Origin: an uncultured Actinomycetes bacterium
GTDB lineage: Bacteria > Actinomycetota > Thermoleophilia > UBA2241
Length of the DNA: 64,000 bases
Direction of reading: 5' to 3'
Assembly: GCA_963783865.1 (NCBI GenBank)
Contig: CAWAPD010000006.1
Span: 103,199 to 167,198, forward strand
Made by a program: the position numbers and the translations under genes. Positions 41,182-49,185 of this stretch are shown one piece after another (the first letter of the stretch is position 1; each line of letters begins with the position of its first letter). The notes beneath the pieces were generated by a model, which saw only the letters and a list, made by a program, of their open reading frames with translations, searched no databases and had not been told where the DNA came from.

Positions 41182-41922
41182 ATGGACAACGAGCAGCTGG
41201 TGGCCGAGTATGCGGCGTCGCGCTCGGCGGCCACGCTCGACACGCTCGTCCGTCGCAACCAGGCCCTGCTCCACCACGTGCTCAAGCGGTTCGCCACCGC
41301 AGACGAGCCGTACGAGGACCTGCTCCAGGTCGCGAACCTCGGCCTCATCAAGGCGGTGCAGCGCTTCGACCCCCTGAGGGGCGTCAAGTTCTCGACCTAC
41401 GCCGTGCCGGTCGTGGAGGGCGAGATCCGCCACCACCTGCGTGACTCTCTGCTGTTGCGCCAGCCGCGCTGGGTCAAGAAGGTGTACGCGCAGATCGAAG
41501 AGTCGTCGGCCAAGTTGACGCGTCAGCTCGGCAGAGCTCCCCACCTGAGCGAGATCGCCGATGACCTGAACATCAGCGAGGCCGGTATCCTCGAGGTGCT
41601 GGGCCTGTACGCGCGCATCGATCTCCACGGTCTGCCCGACTCGTTCGCCGGCGACGACGGGCAGGCGACCATCGATCGCGAGCGGCTGCACTCGTTGCGC
41701 AGGACGTCCTTCTCGCTGCCGATCGAGGACCGCATCACGCTCTACGACGCCCTGGACCATCTGGACGCCTTCCAGCGCAAGCTGATCTACCTGCTGTTCT
41801 TCAGGGAGTTCACGCAGCACGAGGTCGCGGCGGCGCTCGGCCTGACCCAGAAGAAGGTCTCGCGCGAATCGATCAAGGCGCTTTCGAAGCTCAAGCTGGT
41901 CCTCACGAAGAAAGTGATCTGA
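41182..41922 (+). CDS. Group-3 (SigB/F/G-like) sigma-70 factor embedded in the pilus operon
   Basis: YEDLLQVANLGLIKAVQRFDP..FSTYAVP..GEIRHHLRD; region-4 HTH FTQHEVAAALGLTQKKVSR. Confidence 0.88.
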   Translation: MDNEQLVAEYAASRSAATLDTLVRRNQALLHHVLKRFATADEPYEDLLQVANLGLIKAVQRFDPLRGVKFSTYAVPVVEGEIRHHLRDSLLLRQPRWVKKVYAQIEESSAKLTRQLGRAPHLSEIADDLNISEAGILEVLGLYARIDLHGLPDSFAGDDGQATIDRERLHSLRRTSFSLPIEDRITLYDALDHLDAFQRKLIYLLFFREFTQHEVAAALGLTQKKVSRESIKALSKLKLVLTKKVI

Positions 41923-42121
41923 CCGCTCACGCGAGACGGTCCGGCGACCATCGGCTCCGCCTGGCGGCGATCGCCCACGCCGATCCGCTGCGAGGGTTCT
42001 GAGATCCGTGCGCACGGGGGAGCCGTGGCGCCAACGCGAGGACCGTCGTTTGCACACCAAGGCATTCGCCCCAGGAGAAGTTCTGTCTAGAGTCCCGGCG
42101 CTCGGGCAGGCTAGTTGCGAA

Positions 42122-42197
42122 GGTGAGAAAGGCAAACCGCTCGTGAGGGCGGGGCGCAAAGCCACAGGACTCGAGCAGAGTCGGCTGGGTTGCCGCC
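42122..42197 (+). ncRNA. c-di-GMP-I (GEMM) riboswitch aptamer, copy 1
   Basis: GGCAAAC-CGCTC-GTGA-GGGCG-GGGCGCAAAGCC...GGCTGGGTTGCC; G at the position-20 equivalent indicates c-di-GMP rather than cGAMP. Confidence 0.9.
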
Positions 42198-42213
42198 ACA
42201 GCGGAGTGCTCGA

Positions 42214-42248
42214 GGTCTGTGGCCAGCGAAGGCGCCACAGGCCTTTTT
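42214..42248 (+). terminator. Riboswitch expression-platform intrinsic terminator, copy 1
   Basis: GGTCTGTGGC-10 nt-GCCACAGGCC-TTTTT. Confidence 0.8.
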
Positions 42249-42302
42249 CGCCGTCAAGAGGTTGTGCAGTTTCGATCTCATGTGGAGGGAGGTGACACAG
42301 AA

Positions 42303-42719
42303 ATGAAGCGGTTCACCAAGCAGGGTGGTTTCACCCTCATCGAGCTCCTCATCGTGATCATCATCATCGGTATCCTCGCGGCGATCGCGATCCCGATGTT
42401 CCTCAACCAGAGGGACAAGGCGAAGGCCTCGGCCGTCAAGGAGGGCATCCACTCGATCCAGGTGGGTATCCAGAGTTGGGCCGTCGACCAGCAGGACGTC
42501 TACCCGAACGCGGTGGCGGACAAGGACACGGCGCCGACCAACGGTACCGCCCCGCAGCCCCTGGGGTCCTACGTCGACAACTGGCCCAAGGACCCGTGGG
42601 CGAATGTCTACATGGTGGGCGACGGTTCGCTGGGGAACTACACGTACACGTCAGCATCCCCCTACAGCACGTTCTCCCTTACTGGCTTCTACCACGGCGG
42701 TTCGTTCAAGGTTCCGTGA
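42303..42719 (+). CDS. pilA: Major type IV pilin, copy 1 (138 aa)
   Basis: GGAGGTG SD; KQGG|FTLIELLIVIIIIGILAAIAIP; GspG-like PKDPW motif. Confidence 0.9.
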   Translation: MKRFTKQGGFTLIELLIVIIIIGILAAIAIPMFLNQRDKAKASAVKEGIHSIQVGIQSWAVDQQDVYPNAVADKDTAPTNGTAPQPLGSYVDNWPKDPWANVYMVGDGSLGNYTYTSASPYSTFSLTGFYHGGSFKVP

Positions 42720-42743
42720 TCTGACCGCACAGTGAGCAGGGTT

Positions 42744-42775
42744 CGGGGCGGGGCCGCGCAAGCGGCCCCGCCCCG
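42744..42775 (+). terminator. GC hairpin after pilin copy 1
   Basis: CGGGGCGGGGCCGC-GCAA-GCGGCCCCGCCCCG followed by TCTT. Confidence 0.75.
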
Positions 42776-42930
42776 TCTTGCGTCCCAGGACGTGCCACGT
42801 GGGGCCGGGTCGCGCGCCAGAAGGTTGGTGATCGGGCGCGCCTCGCCGCGCGGGCTGACCCGCCGCGGCAGGACTGGCGTCCAAGGTACTCGACCTGTGC
42901 GTCAAGGAGCGCGGGGCAAGACGGTCACTC

Positions 42931-42958
42931 TCAAGGAAACGCTACCGTCAACCGATAC
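42931..42958 (+). promoter_or_regulatory. Sigma28/WhiG-like promoter unique to pilin copy 2
   Basis: TCAA-N16-ACCGATAC in the 201-bp non-repeated spacer. Confidence 0.6.
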
Positions 42959-43028
42959 CGGACGTCAGTGGCTGGAAGAGTACGGAAAAGTGTCTAGGGT
43001 CTGAGCAGGTGGGCAGGCTAGTTGCGAA

Positions 43029-43104
43029 GGTGAGAAAGGCAAACCGCTCGTGAGGGCGGGGCGCAAAGCCACAGGACTCGAGCAGAGTCGGCTGGGTTGC
43101 CGCC
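43029..43104 (+). ncRNA. c-di-GMP-I (GEMM) riboswitch aptamer, copy 2
   Basis: Identical to copy 1. Confidence 0.9.
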
Positions 43105-43120
43105 ACAGCGGAGTGCTCGA

Positions 43121-43155
43121 GGTCTGTGGCCAGCGAAGGCGCCACAGGCCTTTTT
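43121..43155 (+). terminator. Riboswitch expression-platform terminator, copy 2
   Basis: Same hairpin plus T5 as copy 1. Confidence 0.8.
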
Positions 43156-43209
43156 CGCCGTCAAGAGGTTGTGCAGTTTCGATCTCATGTGGAGGGAGGT
43201 GACACAGAA

Positions 43210-43626
43210 ATGAAGCGGTTCACCAAGCAGGGTGGTTTCACCCTCATCGAGCTCCTCATCGTGATCATCATCATCGGTATCCTCGCGGCGATCGCGATCC
43301 CGATGTTCCTCAACCAGAGGGACAAGGCGAAGGCCTCGGCCGTCAAGGAGGGCATCCACTCGATCCAGGTGGGTATCCAGAGTTGGGCCGTCGACCAGCA
43401 GGACGTCTACCCGAACGCGGTGGCGGACAAGGACACGGCGCCGACCAACGGTACCGCCCCGCAGCCCCTGGGGTCCTACGTCGACAACTGGCCCAAGGAC
43501 CCGTGGGCGAATGTCTACATGGTGGGCGACGGTTCGCTGGGGAACTACACGTACACGTCAGCATCCCCCTACAGCACGTTCTCCCTTACTGGCTTCTACC
43601 ACGGCGGTTCGTTCAAGGTTCCGTGA
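43210..43626 (+). CDS. pilA: Major type IV pilin, copy 2 (identical to copy 1)
   Basis: Identical protein; G|FTLIE prepilin site. Confidence 0.9.
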   Translation: MKRFTKQGGFTLIELLIVIIIIGILAAIAIPMFLNQRDKAKASAVKEGIHSIQVGIQSWAVDQQDVYPNAVADKDTAPTNGTAPQPLGSYVDNWPKDPWANVYMVGDGSLGNYTYTSASPYSTFSLTGFYHGGSFKVP

Positions 43627-43650
43627 TCTGACCGCACAGTGAGCAGGGTT

Positions 43651-43682
43651 CGGGGCGGGGCCGCGCAAGCGGCCCCGCCCCG
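43651..43682 (+). terminator. GC hairpin after pilin copy 2
   Basis: Same GCAA-tetraloop hairpin. Confidence 0.75.
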
Positions 43683-43816
43683 TCTTGCGTCCCAGGACGT
43701 GCCACGTGGGGCCGGGACCTGTGTCGAAGATGGGATGTCCAGCCGCGGGACCTTTGGGCAGACTGTTGAGTGAAGGGAAGCACATACACACAGAGAAAGC
43801 GCGGGGAGGCGCGATC

Positions 43817-44221
43817 ATGATCCGCCGCAGGACACAGTCGGGGTTCACGCTCATCGAGCTCCTCATCGTGATCATCATCATCGGTATCCTCGCGGCGATC
43901 GCGATCCCGCTGTTCCTCAATCAGAGGGACAAGGCCAAGGCAGCCGCGGTGAAGGGCGGCGTGCACGACATCGAGCTCGGCGTGGCCAGCTACGCGGTGG
44001 ACCATCAAGACCAGTATCCCGTGGCAGTCCCGAACGCGGCGTCCCTGGTCGACCTGAACGGGGACCCCTACGTGGACAACTGGCCGAACAACCCCTGGAC
44101 GAACGATCCGATGGCGGACTCCCTGGCGGTCGGTGACTACACCTATACCCAACTCGCTTCAGGGAGCTCGTGCCGGATCGTGGGGCATCTGACCGACGGA
44201 GGCAGTTTCTCCGTCCCGTGA
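43817..44221 (+). CDS. Third, divergent type IV pilin paralog (134 aa)
   Basis: QSG|FTLIELLIVIIIIGILAAIAIP; YVDNWPNNPW; GGAGG SD; no riboswitch. Confidence 0.9.
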   Translation: MIRRRTQSGFTLIELLIVIIIIGILAAIAIPLFLNQRDKAKAAAVKGGVHDIELGVASYAVDHQDQYPVAVPNAASLVDLNGDPYVDNWPNNPWTNDPMADSLAVGDYTYTQLASGSSCRIVGHLTDGGSFSVP

Positions 44222-44427
44222 CGCCTTCCGATGTGGCGGGGACGGGCCCCGCCGCGTCGGGACTCATCTTCCTCCCCCACCGATCCATCCTGGTAGTGAC
44301 CGGGCCGAGTGCGCGGTCGCGGGCAAACGCGCTAGAGTACGCATGATCCGCCCGGTCCACCCGGCGCGGACGGCACGATGACGAGGAGTGGAGACTGAGC
44401 GCAGCGCCTGAAGCCCCGCCGGCGGCG

Positions 44428-45138
44428 ATGCTGGAGATCTGCGACCTGCACAAGACGGTCGCGGTCGGGTTCCGCCGCCGGAAGGTCCGGATACTCAACG
44501 GCGTCGACCTCGTCGTGCGCGAGGGCGACGTGTTCGGTCTCCTCGGCCCCAACGGGGCGGGAAAGACCACGACACTCAAGGTCGCGCTCGGCCTCATGCG
44601 GCCCACGAGCGGCTCGACTCGACTCGGCGTCGCCGGCCTGCACGAGCTCGGGTACCTGCCCGAGAACCCGTACTTCTACGACTACCTGACCGGGGCTGAG
44701 TTCCTGCGGCTCTGCGACCGCTTGCACGGACTCGACGGCGAGGGCCGCAGAGGGCGCGTGCTCTCGATCCTGGACGACGTCGGCCTGAGCGACGCCGGCC
44801 GGCTGCAGCTGCGCAAGTACTCGAAAGGCATGCTGCAGCGCGTCGGCATCGCTCAGGCCCTCATCAACGATCCGCGCCTGGTGCTCCTCGACGAACCGAT
44901 GACCGGGCTGGACCCCATCGGCCGTGTCGAGGTCAAGGAGATCATCGAACGCCTGCACCGGCGCGGCAAGACGATCCTGTTCAACTCTCACATCCTCGCC
45001 GACGTGGCCGAGCTGTGCACGCGCATCGCCATCATGCGCGGCGGCACGGTCATCTGGCAGGGAGCCGTGGCGGAGGCCCTCGACGGCAGGCCGGCCAGCG
45101 AGCTTGAGACGTTCTTCATGGATGTGGTGCGGGCGTGA
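44428..45138 (+). CDS. ABC transporter ATP-binding protein (Myxococcus PilH-like)
   Basis: GPNGAGKTT, GYLPENPYFYDYLTG, YSKGMLQR, DEPMTGLDP. Confidence 0.88.
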   Translation: MLEICDLHKTVAVGFRRRKVRILNGVDLVVREGDVFGLLGPNGAGKTTTLKVALGLMRPTSGSTRLGVAGLHELGYLPENPYFYDYLTGAEFLRLCDRLHGLDGEGRRGRVLSILDDVGLSDAGRLQLRKYSKGMLQRVGIAQALINDPRLVLLDEPMTGLDPIGRVEVKEIIERLHRRGKTILFNSHILADVAELCTRIAIMRGGTVIWQGAVAEALDGRPASELETFFMDVVRA

Positions 45139-45899
45139 CGCGGCTGGTCGCCATCGCCTTCAACACCTTCCGCGAGACGATCCGCGACCGGATCCTCGCG
45201 GTGATCATCCTCTTCGCCCTCGCCATGATCGCGGCCAGCCTGTGGCTGGCGAGCATCAGCCTCGGGCAGCAGGGCCGCATGATCGAGGACTTCGGTCTCG
45301 TGGCGGTGAGCTTCTTCTCGCTCATCGTCGCGGTGTTCGTGGCCGCGAGCCTCGTGCGCAAAGAGGTCGAGAAGCGCACCGTGTTCGTGATCTTCTCGAA
45401 GCCGGTCACGCGCGGTGAGTTCGTCTGGGGGAAGTTCGCCGGGTTCGCCATGACGATGGCGGCGGTCACGGGCGGGATGGCCCTCTTCCTGTTCGCGCTC
45501 GACTGGATCGTGACGAAGTCCCCCACCGGATCGCTGCTGCTGGCCTCGGCCTTGATCTACCTCGAGGTCCTGGTCGTGATGGCGATCACGATGCTCTTCT
45601 CGACGGTGACGTCGGCCACGCTCGCCAGCGTGCTCGGCATCTGCGTGTTCGCGGCGGGTCAGCTCAGCACGCATGTCTTGTCGCTCAGCCGGCTCAGCCA
45701 CACGGCCGTGCTGCGCTGGGTCTCCGACGCGATCTTCTATCTGATCCCGAACTTCGGCGCGGTCGACCTGCGGGCAGCGGTCGTGGGGGAGAGCGGCTCC
45801 GGGACCTGGAGCGTCCTCGCCTGGTGTGGGTACCTGGTCGCCTACGGCGTGCTGGCGCTGCTGGTCGCGACCCTGATCTTCAGGCGCAAGGAGTTCTGA
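45135..45899 (+). CDS. ABC-2 permease (Myxococcus PilI-like)
   Basis: IAFNTFRETIRDR, KEVEKRT..SKPV.R.EFVWGKF, FRRKEF; ~6 TM. Confidence 0.85.
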   Translation: MTRLVAIAFNTFRETIRDRILAVIILFALAMIAASLWLASISLGQQGRMIEDFGLVAVSFFSLIVAVFVAASLVRKEVEKRTVFVIFSKPVTRGEFVWGKFAGFAMTMAAVTGGMALFLFALDWIVTKSPTGSLLLASALIYLEVLVVMAITMLFSTVTSATLASVLGICVFAAGQLSTHVLSLSRLSHTAVLRWVSDAIFYLIPNFGAVDLRAAVVGESGSGTWSVLAWCGYLVAYGVLALLVATLIFRRKEF

Positions 45900-46651
45900 T
45901 GCGCTGGCTGCGCCGGCTCGGCGTCGGGGTCCTGGCGGCGGTGTGCGTCGCCGGGGTCGTGGCCTTCCAGACGCATCGGCCGGCCGCCGCCGCCTCGAAC
46001 CCCCAGGTCTTCATCCCGTCCCCGGGCATCTTCCGGAACCTCTCGGCCAGCGACCGCGTGACGGTGGCCGACGCCTACTGGCTGTACCTGATCCAGTATT
46101 ACGGCGAACACACGAAGAGCGACCACCGGCTCGACTCCCTCCCGGCGATGGTCGACCTGATCACCGCGCTGAGCCCCCGGTGGTCAACTCCGTACCAGTT
46201 CGGGTCCTTCGCGATGCTCGATCTCGATCCGGCGCGGCCGGACCTCGGCTACGCTCTCCTGAAGAAGGGGTTCGAGGCCGATCCCCACGACTGGCGGCTC
46301 CCGGCCTCTCTCGCGTTCTTCGCCTACACGTTCGGCGGGAAGGACCGCCACCGGCTGGCCGCCTACTGGTACCAGCGCGCCGCCGCCCTTCCCGGCCATC
46401 CCGCGTACATCACCCTGCTGGCCGCCGACCTCGCGCAGCGGGGACACGACAAGGCCAAGGCGGTGGCCCTGTGGGCCCAGGTCTACGGCCAGGGCGACGG
46501 GTACATCCAGGAGAAGGCCGTGAAGGCGCTGGACGCGCTGCTGCCGAACGACAAGACGGCACGCATGAAGGCCGTCGCCCCGCTGCAGCAACTGGTCCCC
46601 GCCGACCGCTGGGAGCAGTTCCTGGCCGACGTCTTCGCGGGGTATCTGTGA
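45899..46651 (+). CDS. Exported TPR-like pilus accessory protein (Myxococcus PilG-like)
   Basis: N-terminal TM; ADAYWL..IQYYG, LLKKG...P.DWRL helical repeats; adjacent to the ABC pair. Confidence 0.65.
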   Translation: MRWLRRLGVGVLAAVCVAGVVAFQTHRPAAAASNPQVFIPSPGIFRNLSASDRVTVADAYWLYLIQYYGEHTKSDHRLDSLPAMVDLITALSPRWSTPYQFGSFAMLDLDPARPDLGYALLKKGFEADPHDWRLPASLAFFAYTFGGKDRHRLAAYWYQRAAALPGHPAYITLLAADLAQRGHDKAKAVALWAQVYGQGDGYIQEKAVKALDALLPNDKTARMKAVAPLQQLVPADRWEQFLADVFAGYL

Positions 46652-46682
46652 GGCGTGTTCGCCAGCGGGGCGATGCGGCGTA

Positions 46683-47453
46683 GTGCCTCTCTGGTTCCTC
46701 ACCGTCGCAGCTTTCGTGTTCGGCCTGCTCATCGGGAGCTTCCTGAACGCGTGCGCGTATCGCGTCCCGCGCGGGATCAGCATCGCGCACGGGCGTTCGT
46801 TCTGCCCGCACTGCCACACGCAGATCCAGGCCCGCGACAACATCCCGCTGGTGAGCTGGCTGCTGCTGCGCGGCCACTGCCGCGCCTGCGGCGCGCCGAT
46901 CAGCGCGCGCTACCCGGTCGTCGAGGCGCTGACCGCCGTGCTGTTCGCCGCGATGGCGGTGCACGACGGCTGGACCTGGGTCCTGGTGCCGAACCTGATC
47001 TTCATCGCCGTCCTGGTGCTGGTGGCCGACATCGACCTCGCTGAGCGGATCATCCCCGACGTCGTCGTGCTGCCGGCCGCCGCCGTGGGGCTCGTGTTGA
47101 TGATCGCGATCGAGCCCAGCCACTGGCTCGAGTGGGTCGTCGCGGGCCTCGCCGCCGCGGGCTTCCTGCTCGCCGCCTCCCTGATCTACGAGCGGGTCCG
47201 AAAGGTCGAGGGGATGGGAATGGGCGACGTGAAGCTCGCCCTCTGCATGGGCGTCTACCTGGGGTCCGCCGTCGTCCCGGCGATGTTCCTCGCCTTCGTG
47301 ATCGGGGCCGTCGTCGGCATCGTCGTGATCCTGCACGGCGGGTCGGCGAAGTCGGCGATCCCGTTCGGGCCGTTCCTGGCGGCCGGGTCGATCATCGCGC
47401 TGTTCGTCGGACAGCCGCTGGTCGAGGGGTACCTGCACACGCTCGGGTACTGA
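46683..47453 (+). CDS. pilD: Prepilin peptidase/N-methyltransferase
   Basis: GSFLN..YRVP, CPHC, DNIP, CRAC, GMGMGDVKL, IPFGPFL. Confidence 0.95.
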   Translation: MPLWFLTVAAFVFGLLIGSFLNACAYRVPRGISIAHGRSFCPHCHTQIQARDNIPLVSWLLLRGHCRACGAPISARYPVVEALTAVLFAAMAVHDGWTWVLVPNLIFIAVLVLVADIDLAERIIPDVVVLPAAAVGLVLMIAIEPSHWLEWVVAGLAAAGFLLAASLIYERVRKVEGMGMGDVKLALCMGVYLGSAVVPAMFLAFVIGAVVGIVVILHGGSAKSAIPFGPFLAAGSIIALFVGQPLVEGYLHTLGY

Positions 47454-47462
47454 GGTGGGGAT

Positions 47463-47489
47463 GGGGCGCGGCGCCAAGCGCCGCGCCCC
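47463..47489 (+). terminator. Hairpin after pilD
   Basis: GGGGCGCGGCGC-CAA-GCGCCGCGCCCC. Confidence 0.55.
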
Positions 47490-47609
47490 GATCATCACTC
47501 CCGTGACCGCGATTCGTGAACCCGGCCGCGCCGCCGCCGGCTGGCGGCGTCGCGGCCGGCTCGCGTAGCATCCTCCCGGGCGGCGGGTTCATGCGATCGG
47601 AGGCCGTCC

Positions 47610-48056
47610 GTGCGCCACGGGTTCACCTTGATCGAGCTGGTCGTGGCTCTGGCCGTCGCCGCCATCCTGGCGGCGGTCGCCGTCCCGGCGCTGGTCCTGG
47701 CCCAGGGTCCATCGGCGGCGGCGGTCGGAGCGCAGCGTCTGGCACTGGTCCTACGCTCGGCTCAGGCGCGCGCCTGCGCCGGCGGCTGCGCCGTCGACGT
47801 GGTCGTCGACCGGCGCGACGCGTCCTACGAGGTGCGTGTCCCGGCCGAAGGCGACGACGGCTGCGTCGCCGAGCGAGGCAGTCTCGCGCCGGCCTCGGTC
47901 GACTCGAACTACCCCGGTGACACGGTCCGCTTCGCAGAGACCGGGTTCCCCTGCGGCGTCAGCGGCAGCGCCCGCGCCGGCACGTTCGCGGTGACCTGCG
48001 GCGGATCGACGCGGACGGTCGTCCTGCAGCTCGCGGGGAGGATCAGATGCGGCTGA
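47610..48056 (+). CDS. Minor pilin, FimT/FimU-like
   Basis: HG|FTLIELVV; LRSAQARA; C-terminal GRIR. Confidence 0.78.
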   Translation: MRHGFTLIELVVALAVAAILAAVAVPALVLAQGPSAAAVGAQRLALVLRSAQARACAGGCAVDVVVDRRDASYEVRVPAEGDDGCVAERGSLAPASVDSNYPGDTVRFAETGFPCGVSGSARAGTFAVTCGGSTRTVVLQLAGRIRCG

Positions 48057-48640
48057 GACGGTCGCCCGGCTTCACGCTGCTGGAGTGCGTCGCCGCGGCC
48101 GCCGTCCTCCTCATCGTGTGGGTCGCGGTCTCGGGCACACTGGTCCTCGCCACGCGCGCCCGCGCCGACGCCGACGACCGAGCCTCGGCCGAGCTCGCCG
48201 TCACCGACCTCGTCGAGCGGCTCCGCTCGCTGCCGCTCGCGGCGGCCGACAAGACGGCCGGTGACGGCGAGGACGTGGTCCGAATCGTGTTCCCTCACTC
48301 GGTCGCGGAGCTCAACATCGAGGCGGCCCGGTTCGAGCCGGAGGCCACGCCGTCCTCGCCGGCCGGCTCTTTCGTGACCCACTCTCGCGTCCGCGCGGTG
48401 GACCTCGAGACGCGCGCCTGGTTCGTCGTCGGCACCCGCGACGGGTGGGCGCCCAGCGACCCAGCCGACGTCGAGGGGCGCCCCTCGATCTGTGCGGACG
48501 ACCTGCCGTCTCCCGACCTCGTCGTGCTCGTCTCGGCGAGCTGGCGGCGGCGCGGCCACACGTCGGTCGTCGAGCAGCGCCTCGTGCTGCATCAGGCATC
48601 GACGGACGACACTCATCTGCTTGCAGCGAGGCGGGCTTGA
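48047..48640 (+). CDS. Minor pilin, PilV-like
   Basis: PG|FTLLEC; position in the minor pilin cluster. Confidence 0.7.
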   Translation: MRLRRSPGFTLLECVAAAAVLLIVWVAVSGTLVLATRARADADDRASAELAVTDLVERLRSLPLAAADKTAGDGEDVVRIVFPHSVAELNIEAARFEPEATPSSPAGSFVTHSRVRAVDLETRAWFVVGTRDGWAPSDPADVEGRPSICADDLPSPDLVVLVSASWRRRGHTSVVEQRLVLHQASTDDTHLLAARRA

Positions 48641-49185
48641 CCGGGGGACGCACGTGTCGTCGACGGGGGGCGAGAGGCTTCTCACTCGTCGAGCTCCTGG
48701 TGGCGGCGTCCCTGGGCGGCCTCGTGCTCGGGCTCGCGTGGCCGTGGTGCTGGCAGGTCTGCCGGTCCTGGCGAGATGCCGCGCCGAAGACCGAAGCGGT
48801 CAGCACGCTGGCGGCGGTGCGCCGCGTGACGCTGAACGAGGTGCCTCAGGCGGTCGGGTTGCTGGACACGCCCGACACCGGGTGCACCCGCACGACCCTG
48901 GCGTTCGCGTCGCCATCCGCGAGCGGGACGGCGACCATCGTCACGTACGTGTGGGACGCGGGCCGGGCCGTGCTCTGGCGCAAGGCCCCGGGGAGCCACC
49001 TGGCCGAGCAGGTGACGGCGTTCGGGATCGAGTACTTCGACGGCCGGGGCCGCCGGCTGGCGCTCGACGGGTCGGGCCGCCTGCCGGCGCCGTCGCTCGC
49101 CGAGGTGCATCGGCTCACGTTCACGACCGAGGTCGCCGGCGCCCCGGCGCTCACCTGGAGCGTCGCCCTGGGCGGTGCGGCGTGA
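48637..49185 (+). CDS. Minor pilin, PilW-like
   Basis: RG|FSLVELLV; LAEQVTAFGIEYFD; TTGA overlap start. Confidence 0.72.
   Translation: MTGGRTCRRRGARGFSLVELLVAASLGGLVLGLAWPWCWQVCRSWRDAAPKTEAVSTLAAVRRVTLNEVPQAVGLLDTPDTGCTRTTLAFASPSASGTATIVTYVWDAGRAVLWRKAPGSHLAEQVTAFGIEYFDGRGRRLALDGSGRLPAPSLAEVHRLTFTTEVAGAPALTWSVALGGAA

Larger units (their letters stand above)
42104..42809 (+). repeat. 706-bp direct repeat, copy 1 (riboswitch + pilin + terminator)
   Basis: Matches 43011-43716 (offset 907); no differences seen by eye and ORF translations are identical. Confidence 0.95.
43011..43716 (+). repeat. 706-bp direct repeat, copy 2
   Basis: Matches 42104-42809. Confidence 0.95.

Noticed and set aside
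42122-42197. Aptamer as a 3',3'-cGAMP (GEMM-Ib) variant
   Set aside because: The specificity position (42131) is G, as in c-di-GMP binders.
42254-42278. TCAAG...TTCGATCT downstream of the riboswitch terminator as a bypass promoter
   Set aside because: The spacer is only 13 nt and the -10 is poor.
42219-42302. Longer 166-aa pilin starting at GTG 42219 (and 43126)
   Set aside because: That GTG lies inside the terminator hairpin; the strong SD precedes ATG 42303 and gives a normal short prepilin leader.
42104-43716. Repeat as an IS, invertible element or prophage att site
   Set aside because: Direct orientation, no transposase or recombinase, no terminal inverted repeats or target duplication seen.
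43702-43730. Possible sigma28 promoter for the third pilin (GTCGAAGA at 43723)
   Set aside because: No TAAA/TCAA at 15-16 nt spacing.
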